A stretch of DNA of 64,000 nucleotides. Source: an uncultured Lachnospiraceae bacterium. GTDB lineage: Bacteria; Bacillota; Clostridia; Lachnospirales; Lachnospiraceae. A model generated the notes under the pieces. That model was not told the origin of the DNA, searched no databases, and saw only the letters and a list, made by a program, of their open reading frames with translations. The DNA is taken from assembly GCA_910579735.1 (NCBI GenBank), contig CAJTUZ010000013.1:39130-103129 (forward strand), read 5' to 3'. A program made the position numbers and the translations under genes. Below are positions 40,484 to 49,557 of this stretch, one piece after another (position 1 is the stretch's first letter; each line of letters begins with the position of its first letter).

Positions 40484-40750
40484 CTACATGTCTAATGCTG
40501 CACGGTTTTCTTCTATGAGAGTATCTAACAAAAGTTGTGATGGTTCCTCTATTATCTTTCCCTTTTCATTAATATGTATTGCACCTAATCTTTTGTAATA
40601 GGCAGCCTGAGATTCTTCGTCTTCCGCATACATACAGAAATTTTTGAATTTAAAAAATCCCCAAAACTGCTCTGACCAAAGCTTACTAAAATTGTACTCC
40701 ATAGGTATCTCTCCAAATATGATATCTTTTTGTCTTTCATTTTCTTTCAA
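40484..40750 (-). other. AT-rich orphan ORF or gene fragment (88 aa)
   Basis: Open frame with TTG start, no clear SD, no recognisable motif. Confidence 0.3.
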
Positions 40751-40795
40751 TTAGAATACCCGTTTCCCATATTTTGTCCGGCATAGTATACCATT

Positions 40796-41197
40796 CTAAA
40801 GGCAATTCCTGATTTTATTGATCAAACTGATATCTGCCGGAAGCCATTCCACAGAATCCAGTTCCTCTTTGGTCAGCCACCTGGCCGCCTCATGCTCTTT
40901 TAATACCAGATCTCCCGAAACCACTTCACACCAGAAACAGTCCATGGAAAGATGGAAGGCCGGGTAGTCGTATTCTACCGTATCAATCAATTCTCCTATG
41001 GAGATTTCTGTGTCGAGTTCTTCCATGATCTCGCGCTTTAAGGCTTGTTCCGGCGTCTCATCCTGTTCTATTTTTCCTCCCGGAAATTCCCAACCGTCTT
41101 TAAATTCACCGTATCCCCGCTGGGTGGCAAAGATGATCGGTTTGCCGTCTTTATTGACTGCTTTTATGATGGCGGCTACTACTTTGATTGTTTTCAT
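40796..41197 (-). CDS. mutT: MutT-like (deoxy)nucleoside triphosphate pyrophosphohydrolase
   Basis: WEFPGGKIEQDETPEQALKREIMEEL, WLPAD; ATGA-coupled to the helicase gene. Confidence 0.85.
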   Translation of the reverse strand: MKTIKVVAAIIKAVNKDGKPIIFATQRGYGEFKDGWEFPGGKIEQDETPEQALKREIMEELDTEISIGELIDTVEYDYPAFHLSMDCFWCEVVSGDLVLKEHEAARWLTKEELDSVEWLPADISLINKIRNCL

Positions 41198-44187
41198 GAT
41201 TTTCTCTCTTCCTCGTTTTCTATACCGCTTTGCAGATAACGTAACAAATCGTCTCTGACTGCGTTGCGCATTTTTATTCGAAATTTGGCAATATCGCGTT
41301 CCTTACCGTTTTGATCTATCTTTTTGGCAGGTTCCATGTGAAGGATATCAAACTGTCCCATGTAATAGAAGCTTATCTCCGCATCTCTTTTTTTTACAAG
41401 CAGATGCTTGCGCTGCGCAGTAACTACCTCTTTCACATAAGAACTATGAATACCCCTTCCCATCTGTGAATCCCAACGAAAAGTCATATTGTCCTCAAAT
41501 ACATCTTCATAATCAGGCTTTCCATCTACATAGTTCTTACTACTATCCAAATTTTTCTCTTTATGATAGATAACAAATATGAAAACATCCTCACCGATTC
41601 TTTTCATTCCATACATTGTTGAAGACATATCTTTTCTACAATTCATCAAAAAACAGATATCACGTCTCGAATATTTTTCATGTAAAATGAATAAATCATC
41701 CCTGGTTTTACCTGTAGAGTATTTGTCTCTATACCGTCTTAAACCAACCTCAATGATATCATTTACCTGTCTGCGGAATTCACTGTGCTTTAATCGTTCC
41801 GTAAATCCATTCATTCTGCGTAAGGTTCTTTCCTGGTTATATTCTACAATATCAATATGACTGTATTTTTGTCCCTCTTTATCGTTACTGACAAATTGTC
41901 CCTGCAAAACATGCATCGCATCTTCAATCGCCGGAAGCTTCATTTCATATCCATATTTTTCCAGGATTTCCTGCTCTATCTGCTCTGTATAAAGAATATC
42001 ATGATCTAAAAATTGTTTCAATATTTCCAATTCATACGGCCTAACTCCGGTAAGGATTGTCTTTGACAAATATTCTAATGTCAACAATTCTTGTTCCGAT
42101 ATTATTCCTGTATAGAGCTCTTTTTCTATTGACTCCAAAAACTTTTGATAAGTCTTGTATTCCCGTATAATGACAAGCGGATCTATTTGACCGTTTTCAT
42201 AAAAATCCAAAAGATAGGGAATACGTCCAAGTCGATTTTTTAAAGAAATATAACTTTCTTTGATATAAGATCTCATACTCTTAATATCATCAATCGACTT
42301 AAATATCTTCTCTCTTGCGATCTCATCAAAATGAACCGAAGATGCTCCAGGAATCGTGCTGTTTCCACTAATAACATATTTTCTGATAGTATCTGGATTG
42401 TAAGAACGATCACCGGATAACGCGATGGGAATCATAAAATTATTTTTATAATTTCCTATAAAATCAAGAATTACAACATACTCTTTCCCCTCTGCCTTAC
42501 GTAATCCACGGCCTAACTGCTGTATAAATACAATTGGAGACTGCGTTGGCCGAAGCATAATAACCTGATTAACCTCAACAATGTCTACCCCTTCATTTAA
42601 TATTTCTACAGAAAAAATATAATCTAACGGTTTCATATCATCTGATGCATCTGATTCATTCATTGCAAGCCGCTCAAAAGCGCTCGCCCTTTCTTCCTCC
42701 GATGCATCACCATTTAATGCAATTGTTCTAAATTTTAATGCGTTAAATTTTGCAGAAAGCTCTATCGATTCGTCTATTCTACTGCAGAAAATAAGACCTT
42801 TTACACGTTCACCGCTATATCCATAGTATGTTGCCTGCTCTATAATGTGTTTTACCCGCTCGTCACTTGTTAATTGGTTGAAATCTTTTTCTGTAATTTT
42901 TTTAGACTTTATTTGCTTATCATCTATCATGGAAATATCACTAATTCCAAAATAATGAAAAGGACACAGCATTTTCTCTTCCATCGCCTGCTGTAATCTA
43001 ATCTCATAGGCAATTTGATGATGAAAAATTTCGTAGATATTTCTTCCTTCTACATCATCATCACGTTTATCTGGTGTTGCAGTCATTCCAAGCCATAATT
43101 TTGGTTTGAAATATTCCATAACCTTTTGATATGTATCAGCCGCACTATGATGCGCTTCATCTAAAATAATACAGTCAAATTCATCCGGTTTATATTTTAA
43201 CAGATGTTCTTGTCTGTTCAATGTTTGAACCGTTGCAAAAATATAGTCTTTATCGTATTCTTGATAACCTGCTCCAACCAAGCCCATAGATATTGACTTA
43301 TCAAAGACTTTTTCATATGATTTTTTAGTCTGTTTCGCCAACTGCCCTCTATGCACAAGGAAAAGTACCTTTTTAAATCCTAATTCTCGCATAGCAAATG
43401 CCGAAGCATATGTCTTTCCTGTACCGGTTGCGGAAATCAGTAAAGCTCTTTCTTCTCCCGCCGCCAGAATCTTTTTCAAGTTTGTAATAAAACCAGTCTG
43501 CATGTTATTTGGACGTAAACAGTATTTCTCAATTGATGAAAGTTCTTCCTTACGGGCAATCTCTCTTTGGTGTTTGATAATTCGATATCTTTCCTGATAA
43601 TTTTCATAGAAATCATCAAACGACAGTGCAAATGGTGAATTCCAGAGTTCCTGGAACTCTGCAACAATTTCCAATGCCACTTCACCCTGCTCCGTTGAAA
43701 TCACTTTCGTATTCCATTCACGATTGCTTGTAAGCGCAGTGTTTGTCATATTGGAACTACCTATAATAATCCGATAAATTTCATCCCGTTTAAAAATATA
43801 ACCCTTTGTATGAAATCCTTCGTCCGCTGCTTCTACGTCATACATTTTTATCGTAATATTGGAAAGGTTATTTAATTGCTCTAACGCCTTTGGTTCGCTG
43901 AAATTCAAATAGTTTGTTGTAAGAATCTCTCCTGGAATATTCTTTTGCTCCAACTCTTTTAAAGTCTGAAGCAATGGTTCGATTCCGCTCATTGTAATAA
44001 AGGCAACACTGATTTGAAAACGTTCGCATACCAAAAGTTCATCTTCAATAGATGATAAGACTTTCCTCCCTAATTTATAATTATTTGATATAAATTGCGG
44101 CTTATATGCTAAATTAGAAGTATGCGATGCGTCAATATATGCCGTCTCAAATCCGCCCTGCAATTCATTCCATTTATCCTGTGTCAT
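41194..44187 (-). CDS. PLD nuclease - SF2 helicase - DUF3427 fusion (SauUSI-like type IV restriction enzyme)
   Basis: FHTKGYIF..IIIGSSNMT (HKD), SATGTGKT, DEAHH, MTATP, NEGVD, QQLGRGLR; C-terminal YSRRD..YED.F..F.WDSQ. Likely start 44187. Confidence 0.85.
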   Translation of the reverse strand: MTQDKWNELQGGFETAYIDASHTSNLAYKPQFISNNYKLGRKVLSSIEDELLVCERFQISVAFITMSGIEPLLQTLKELEQKNIPGEILTTNYLNFSEPKALEQLNNLSNITIKMYDVEAADEGFHTKGYIFKRDEIYRIIIGSSNMTNTALTSNREWNTKVISTEQGEVALEIVAEFQELWNSPFALSFDDFYENYQERYRIIKHQREIARKEELSSIEKYCLRPNNMQTGFITNLKKILAAGEERALLISATGTGKTYASAFAMRELGFKKVLFLVHRGQLAKQTKKSYEKVFDKSISMGLVGAGYQEYDKDYIFATVQTLNRQEHLLKYKPDEFDCIILDEAHHSAADTYQKVMEYFKPKLWLGMTATPDKRDDDVEGRNIYEIFHHQIAYEIRLQQAMEEKMLCPFHYFGISDISMIDDKQIKSKKITEKDFNQLTSDERVKHIIEQATYYGYSGERVKGLIFCSRIDESIELSAKFNALKFRTIALNGDASEEERASAFERLAMNESDASDDMKPLDYIFSVEILNEGVDIVEVNQVIMLRPTQSPIVFIQQLGRGLRKAEGKEYVVILDFIGNYKNNFMIPIALSGDRSYNPDTIRKYVISGNSTIPGASSVHFDEIAREKIFKSIDDIKSMRSYIKESYISLKNRLGRIPYLLDFYENGQIDPLVIIREYKTYQKFLESIEKELYTGIISEQELLTLEYLSKTILTGVRPYELEILKQFLDHDILYTEQIEQEILEKYGYEMKLPAIEDAMHVLQGQFVSNDKEGQKYSHIDIVEYNQERTLRRMNGFTERLKHSEFRRQVNDIIEVGLRRYRDKYSTGKTRDDLFILHEKYSRRDICFLMNCRKDMSSTMYGMKRIGEDVFIFVIYHKEKNLDSSKNYVDGKPDYEDVFEDNMTFRWDSQMGRGIHSSYVKEVVTAQRKHLLVKKRDAEISFYYMGQFDILHMEPAKKIDQNGKERDIAKFRIKMRNAVRDDLLRYLQSGIENEEERKS

Positions 44188-44204
44188 TTCCCTGGCCTTT
44201 CCTC

Positions 44205-45386
44205 TCATCCCCAAACCTGATAACCCTGCCGTCTTGCCGAGTCATACACCGGCCGCATATTCTTTTCCAGAATGCCGTAAAACACTTCCTCCGAGTTCCC
44301 GCTCCTGTAAAGTTCCCGGCTTGCCCAGATAGAATGCAGATTGTCCCGGTAACAGGCCTCATATCGCTTTCTTAACTGCGGTTTTTCCATGTTATAGATT
44401 GCCTTGTACATAATAAACTGATTTCTTGCAAAGCGCAGGAAAAAAGGATTCCACTTTGGCAGTTTATTACTTTTCGCTGAATTCAGCGAAGAGTCCATAG
44501 GCATCAGATTCCACAATTCATCGTTCATGACAAAAGACCACGGAATAAAATGATCCACGGCATAGGCGCCTTTGGCGATCGGTTCTTCTTTAAAGACATC
44601 GATTATCTCCTCTATCTCCAGAATGCCTTCCCAGAGTTTACGAACATGCTCCAGTTTCCGCACCTTTTCTTCATTCGGGGAAATCTTATAAACAAGTCCG
44701 GGAATCTCCGGATTGTTATTTTGCAGCCACTTTACTTTCTCATACTGGATCCACCCCATAATGACTACCGCATTGTCCTGAATCATCTGTATCCATGCTT
44801 TTGTAAAAGTCAGTTTTCTCTGTAAACCGCTCTCCGGACCATATGTATAAGGAAGCGGCGTAGACGTTGCACTTAACATATTATAATAGGCCATGATTCT
44901 TCCGGCACTGCTGTCTAAGCTGATTTTCTCATTCCCTTTATTGGCAAAGCCGGACAATGCCTTATAAGGAACGTTTTTGGTCAACTCCATTTTCTCGGCG
45001 TGCAGTTTTTCATCATACAGCGCTATCTGGTTTTTGATCTCTATTTTAGAGGCGTTATTGGGTATTTCACACAGCTCATGCAGTTTTTTCACGGCTTTTT
45101 CCAGGTTATCCTTGATCATCCCGTCCCCGAACAGACCGCTCAAATGAATATGATATTCCAAAACGGGATACCACGCATTCGCTATCATCTCATTAATGAT
45201 CTCATCATAGGAAGCCTCTGTTTTATTCTCCGTAATCAACTGTACGATCGCTTCCAGCCAGTAAAATTTGTAGCAATACGACGGGTCTTTCATCATCAGG
45301 GAAAACCCCTCTATATCCAGCTGGTTATAATATTTTTCATCAATCGCCAGACGGCGTCCTATTTTTTCAGAATCAGATTCAGCCAC
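44205..45386 (-). CDS. HNH endonuclease with uncharacterised N-terminal domain
   Basis: VDHFIPWS..DELWNLMP..SLNSAKSNKLP; N-terminal YKFYWLEAI. Confidence 0.8.
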   Translation of the reverse strand: MAESDSEKIGRRLAIDEKYYNQLDIEGFSLMMKDPSYCYKFYWLEAIVQLITENKTEASYDEIINEMIANAWYPVLEYHIHLSGLFGDGMIKDNLEKAVKKLHELCEIPNNASKIEIKNQIALYDEKLHAEKMELTKNVPYKALSGFANKGNEKISLDSSAGRIMAYYNMLSATSTPLPYTYGPESGLQRKLTFTKAWIQMIQDNAVVIMGWIQYEKVKWLQNNNPEIPGLVYKISPNEEKVRKLEHVRKLWEGILEIEEIIDVFKEEPIAKGAYAVDHFIPWSFVMNDELWNLMPMDSSLNSAKSNKLPKWNPFFLRFARNQFIMYKAIYNMEKPQLRKRYEACYRDNLHSIWASRELYRSGNSEEVFYGILEKNMRPVYDSARRQGYQVWG

Positions 45387-45943
45387 TTTTCCTCACTCCT
45401 GCCGGGTCTTGCATCATTTGTTATCCATTGTTTTTCTATCGTCAATTCCGGCACCTCCGCTATCACTTCGGCGAAAGACTCTTCCGTAAAATCGGTAAAA
45501 TACCTGTCCTTTCGCTCGCCCTCGAAACTGCCGTATTTAAATGACACATAAAGAATTCCGGTCTTTTTAAGCGCCCTGCACATTTTATGCAGTACTGTGA
45601 TCAGCTCATTTCGGGCCAAATGCAGAATGGAGGCACAGGCCCAGATGCCGTCGTATATATCAACCGCATCCAGTTCCTCAAACCGCATACACTTTACAGG
45701 AATCCCGGTCTGCAAAGACGCCAGTCTGCACATTGTCTCCGATCCGTCCACGGCTTCGACATGGTATCCCTGCTCCAGAAAATATTTGGCATCCCGCCCG
45801 GAACCACAGCCAAAGTCAAGAACCGTTCCGTTATCCGGAATATATTTCAGGAATTCTTTCTGATTCTTTGAAATATCCACATTTGCCGTTTCCTGTACGA
45901 ATCGCTCCGCATTATCGTTATAGTAGTTTAATGTTTTTGACAT
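45359..45943 (-). CDS. Class I SAM-dependent methyltransferase (small-molecule type)
   Basis: TLNYYNDNA, VLDFGCGSGRD, YDGIWACASILH, GILYVSFKYG; no DPPY/NPPY/PC motif. Confidence 0.88.
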   Translation of the reverse strand: MSKTLNYYNDNAERFVQETANVDISKNQKEFLKYIPDNGTVLDFGCGSGRDAKYFLEQGYHVEAVDGSETMCRLASLQTGIPVKCMRFEELDAVDIYDGIWACASILHLARNELITVLHKMCRALKKTGILYVSFKYGSFEGERKDRYFTDFTEESFAEVIAEVPELTIEKQWITNDARPGRSEEKWLNLILKK

Positions 45944-45962
45944 GATCTTTTCCCCGGCCTTT

Positions 45963-47006
45963 CTATTTTACCAGTTCCTGCCACCTTTTGTCATTTATAA
46001 GAAAACCGTAAGTCTCCTCATCCCGAAAACTGCGCAGCAGATTATTCTTCATTTCCGCCTGAAAAACTTCTCTCGGTTTCCGAAAAGTCATATGCTCATA
46101 TAAAAAAGATCTGGAAAAATCATCTATCCTTTCTATGCCGGAAATCATTTTTTCCATGATCTCCAACGCGGCATCCGCATCTTTTTCCATAACCGCGATC
46201 TCCAACTGTCCTGAAATCTCATAGTATTCTCCCATCTCAAATGTACGGGCCAGTTCGCTCTGCTTCTCTGCCAGTGCATGAACTTTCTTCTTATCGTTAT
46301 CCTGCATGGCCAACATCATAATATGATGAAAAAGTATATTCGTCATTTGGTACTGTGAAAACAGCAGTTCTTCATATGTCCTGTATGCTTCCGCTTTGCG
46401 GTTTGTCGCATTATAAAGATTGGCCTGCCGCATTTTTCTTTCGGGATTCTGTTCTGAAAAGTACGCCAGATATTCTTCCGCTTTCGTATACTGTTCTTTT
46501 CTGAAATAGAATCCATACAGAGCCTCTGCCGCCCTGGTGCGGATTTCCTCCCGATCACTCGCCAGCGCCCGCATATACCATCCGTTAAAAACAGAATCAT
46601 ATTCTTCAACTGCCGCCTCGTCGATCATTTTCATGATACGCCAGCCTTCAAGCGTTAAGGCTATGCCAAGAATCAGTTCTTCACAGTTTGGATACTGTGC
46701 GATCTGTTCTTTCGCATAAGTTACCGCCGCTTCAAAATCAAAGCCGTGTTCTGTCAATACGGCCTCTGTCTTACATATAATCGCTGTAATCTCCTCTTTG
46801 GTAAGTTCCTCTTGAAACGACAACAAGGTATCTAGCGAAATCCCGAGCAGTCTGGCAATCGGCGCTAACAGTGTAATGTCCGGCATGGAATTGCCGTTCT
46901 CCCATTTATTCACTGCCGGGGCCGTTACACCAAGGCGGTTTGCCATCTCTTCCTGCGTTAATTCATTCTTTTTCCTGTATTCCCGTATAATCTGTCCGAT
47001 CTGCAT
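45963..47006 (-). CDS. XRE-family HTH regulator with TPR-like C-terminus
   Basis: LTQEEMANRLGVTAPAVNKWENGNSMPDI; helical repeats downstream. Confidence 0.85.
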   Translation of the reverse strand: MQIGQIIREYRKKNELTQEEMANRLGVTAPAVNKWENGNSMPDITLLAPIARLLGISLDTLLSFQEELTKEEITAIICKTEAVLTEHGFDFEAAVTYAKEQIAQYPNCEELILGIALTLEGWRIMKMIDEAAVEEYDSVFNGWYMRALASDREEIRTRAAEALYGFYFRKEQYTKAEEYLAYFSEQNPERKMRQANLYNATNRKAEAYRTYEELLFSQYQMTNILFHHIMMLAMQDNDKKKVHALAEKQSELARTFEMGEYYEISGQLEIAVMEKDADAALEIMEKMISGIERIDDFSRSFLYEHMTFRKPREVFQAEMKNNLLRSFRDEETYGFLINDKRWQELVK

Positions 47007-47168
47007 ATAAAATCCTCCGTTTTTGTTTTCAGCTTATCATCCGGAAAACGGCTTCACAACTGAACATATGTTAATTGTTAATGCAGGAAAATTAACTGTC
47101 ATTCATATTTTGCTGCAGATTGAAGCAGCCGGGATCACAGACAACGCAGATTTACGGTTATGTCCTCC

Positions 47169-47744
47169 CTATACGCTTTCTTTTTTCTTTATCCAGTAAT
47201 CATAATAGGCGATATTGCTCTGCGCATTGACAAGCGGTTCCCCGGATCTGGAAAATCCCGCTTTCCGCAGTGCTTCGATTCGCTCTATCGCATAGAGCGG
47301 CGCTTTGGTTGCAATCATGGAACACCCGAACCAGTCGTAAAACGGTTCTGTGATCAGTGATAAAATTTCATATAGCATCTCTGCTTTTTCATAACCGCTG
47401 CCCACATCCACCCGCAAAAGGCCGCAGTCGTTATAATAGTCTTCCGATTCCCTGCGGAACATTTCTATTGTACCGATCGCTTTTTCTTCTTTTCTGTCCA
47501 TGATAGTGAAACGTACAAACCCCTGATTCTCATGGTATTCCAGCAACCAGAACCTGATCGTATTCGCCATATCCTCTTTCACGGCACAGTAAAAATTGCT
47601 GCCGTTGCAATTATCGCTGTTAAAAAAGGGCAGTGCGAATTTATCATGATAAACCGCCATGAGGTCGTCGGTGTCATTTTGTTCGATCAGTCTAATGATA
47701 AGGCGGTCATTTTGTAAGATGGGGCAGTTTTCATAGATGTTCAT
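47169..47744 (-). CDS. RimJ/RimL-like GNAT protein
   Basis: RLIIRLIEQND.DDL, AIGTIE, ALRKAGF. Confidence 0.7.
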   Translation of the reverse strand: MNIYENCPILQNDRLIIRLIEQNDTDDLMAVYHDKFALPFFNSDNCNGSNFYCAVKEDMANTIRFWLLEYHENQGFVRFTIMDRKEEKAIGTIEMFRRESEDYYNDCGLLRVDVGSGYEKAEMLYEILSLITEPFYDWFGCSMIATKAPLYAIERIEALRKAGFSRSGEPLVNAQSNIAYYDYWIKKKESV

Positions 47745-47767
47745 GCAATTTCTCCTTTATTTGTGTT

Positions 47768-48553
47768 TTATATCATTTCATCCAGCTTATAATCCTTCGC
47801 CTTCACAACAATCGTATTCTCTTTAAAAATCCTGTCTATAATCCGTCGTTCCAGGTTTCTTCTTTTCTCCAGATGACGAAGCAGCCCAGCCATTCCCGAC
47901 AGCGCATGTTCTTTTCCATAAGGAGACTCCGCCAGATATTTTAGCATGAGCGGGAACCACAACTCGTTTCCGTTATCGTCAGAGCGTTCTTTTTTGATCA
48001 CGCCTATTGCCGCCTCAATATCTTCCACATCCAGATAAAGAATCCTGTACGGCTTGCCGCTCAGTATGCCGTGCAGTCTTTCGTAAAAAGCCAGAATCTC
48101 ATCATCGGACATCATAAAATACAGCATCTGATTATCAATGATATTCTGAAAAACAGAGCATTCAAAAATCTGCCCCTCTCCGTTCCATTTCCTGAAACGT
48201 GAGAAGATCACTTGTTCAAAAGACTCTCTGTCCAGATTGCCGTTATATATTTCATATTTTTCCAGATCTTTGTGAAAACCCGGTACGTCCGTCAATATCT
48301 GCGTATAGCGGATGATTCTGTATTCCTCTTCCGTAACGGTTTTATCCTGAATCTCTTTTTGGAGCGTCGGGTATCTTGCCAATATGTCTTTATATTGCGC
48401 TTCCGTTACATAAGCGCACCAGGCCAGTTCAACGGGCGAATAGTCCCCTTCATGGAAAACCGTATAGTCAGGTAATCGGTCGGAAAGCCGTTTAACAAGA
48501 GTGGATTTGCCGGCGCCTTGCAGTCCTTCTATGAAAAAGTTTAGTTTGGGCAT
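47768..48553 (-). CDS. P-loop kinase-like protein (thymidylate/deoxynucleoside kinase-like)
   Basis: FIEGLQGAGKSTL. Start moved to ATG 48553 behind AAGGAG. Confidence 0.7.
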   Translation of the reverse strand: MPKLNFFIEGLQGAGKSTLVKRLSDRLPDYTVFHEGDYSPVELAWCAYVTEAQYKDILARYPTLQKEIQDKTVTEEEYRIIRYTQILTDVPGFHKDLEKYEIYNGNLDRESFEQVIFSRFRKWNGEGQIFECSVFQNIIDNQMLYFMMSDDEILAFYERLHGILSGKPYRILYLDVEDIEAAIGVIKKERSDDNGNELWFPLMLKYLAESPYGKEHALSGMAGLLRHLEKRRNLERRIIDRIFKENTIVVKAKDYKLDEMI

Positions 48554-48828
48554 TGTGTGTGTTTCTCCTTTTACGCTATAATTCTTTATCTTTTTAAGCA
48601 AATCGTAAATTCCAAAATACTCATATACCAACTTTATCAGTTCATTTCTGTCTCTAATTGATTCTATTGTTAATAAATCTTCAATTTCCACATTATGCTC
48701 ATTTCGGAATTCTGTTTGCTGTAAAATATTATAAATGTTTTTTCCTATTTTTTATAGTAACATAGAAGCACTCATTTATCTATAAGGTCTATAAGGCTCT
48801 TTTAAATTTTGACCCCTTGGAGCAATTG

Positions 48829-48857
48829 TTGACACCAAATACGATGTCACATATAAT
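48829..48857 (+). promoter_or_regulatory. hicAB promoter with operator
   Basis: TTGACA-17bp-TATAAT; inverted repeat TGACA-N10-TGTCA at 48830-48849. Confidence 0.8.
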
Positions 48858-48876
48858 ATAGACAGGAGGTATCAAA

Positions 48877-49133
48877 ATGTCAAAGTGGGATAAACTATTA
48901 GCGCGTATTTGTTCATTATCAAAAGCCTCCGGTTCAGTGAATTACGCAAGGTTTTAGAAGGTTATGGATATGAGATGAATTTACCCAGAAGCGGGAGCAG
49001 TCATTATATATTTAGAAAGCAGGGATGTCAGCCGATTACAATCCCAAAGCATGAACCAATTAAAAAAGTATATGTAGAAATAGTCAAGCAAATTGTAGAA
49101 AGCGAGGCCACTAACAATGAAGACACTGAATGA
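48877..49133 (+). pseudogene. hicA: HicA toxin, frameshifted near 48922-48927
   Basis: SD AGGAGGT + ATG 48877 gives MSKWDKLLARICSLSK, then a stop at 48957. LRFSELRKVL..GSSHYIF..ITIPKH continues in the -1 frame. Confidence 0.85.
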
Positions 49134-49479
49134 TTACATGACAATGTCATATCGAATGGAAGTCATAGAAGATAAGGATGAAGGCGGATTTGTGGTTTCT
49201 TATCCAGACCTTCCGGGTTGCATCACCTGTGGCGCAACAGTAGAAATTGCAGTAGCAAATGCATTGGATGCTAAAAAAGCCTGGCTTGAAGCTGCCCTTG
49301 AAGATGGCATTGAGATTCATGAGCCTGATAATTTAGAAGATTATTCGGGACAGTTCAAACTGAGAATTCCCCGCAGTCTGCACAGATCGTTAGCTGAACA
49401 TTCAAAACGAGAAGGAATCAGCATGAATCAATACTGTGTATACCTTCTCTCTCGAAATGACGTTTCTTACAATAAATAA
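49117..49479 (+). CDS. hicB: HicB antitoxin with C-terminal RHH
   Basis: GGFVVSYPDLPGCIT.G, YSGQFKLRIPRSLH..EGISMNQY. Confidence 0.92.
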   Translation: MKTLNDYMTMSYRMEVIEDKDEGGFVVSYPDLPGCITCGATVEIAVANALDAKKAWLEAALEDGIEIHEPDNLEDYSGQFKLRIPRSLHRSLAEHSKREGISMNQYCVYLLSRNDVSYNK

Positions 49480-49532
49480 TCGTATTATTTGTTTTAACGT
49501 AAAAAAGTATTTTAAGTATCTTCTATTTTCAC

Positions 49533-49554
49533 GTCCGCCCTATGGCGGACTTTT
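49533..49554 (+). terminator. Terminator after hicB
   Basis: GTCCGCC-ctat-GGCGGAC-TTTT. Confidence 0.7.
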
Positions 49555-49557
49555 CCT

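Noticed and set aside
45359..45943. Calling the small methyltransferase a cognate DNA MTase of an R-M pair
   Set aside because: It lacks DPPY/NPPY/SPPY or PC catalytic motifs and any target-recognition domain
48554..48760. 46-aa N-terminal extension of the P-loop kinase
   Set aside because: AT-rich with no SD at GTG 48691; likely an unrelated remnant in frame by chance
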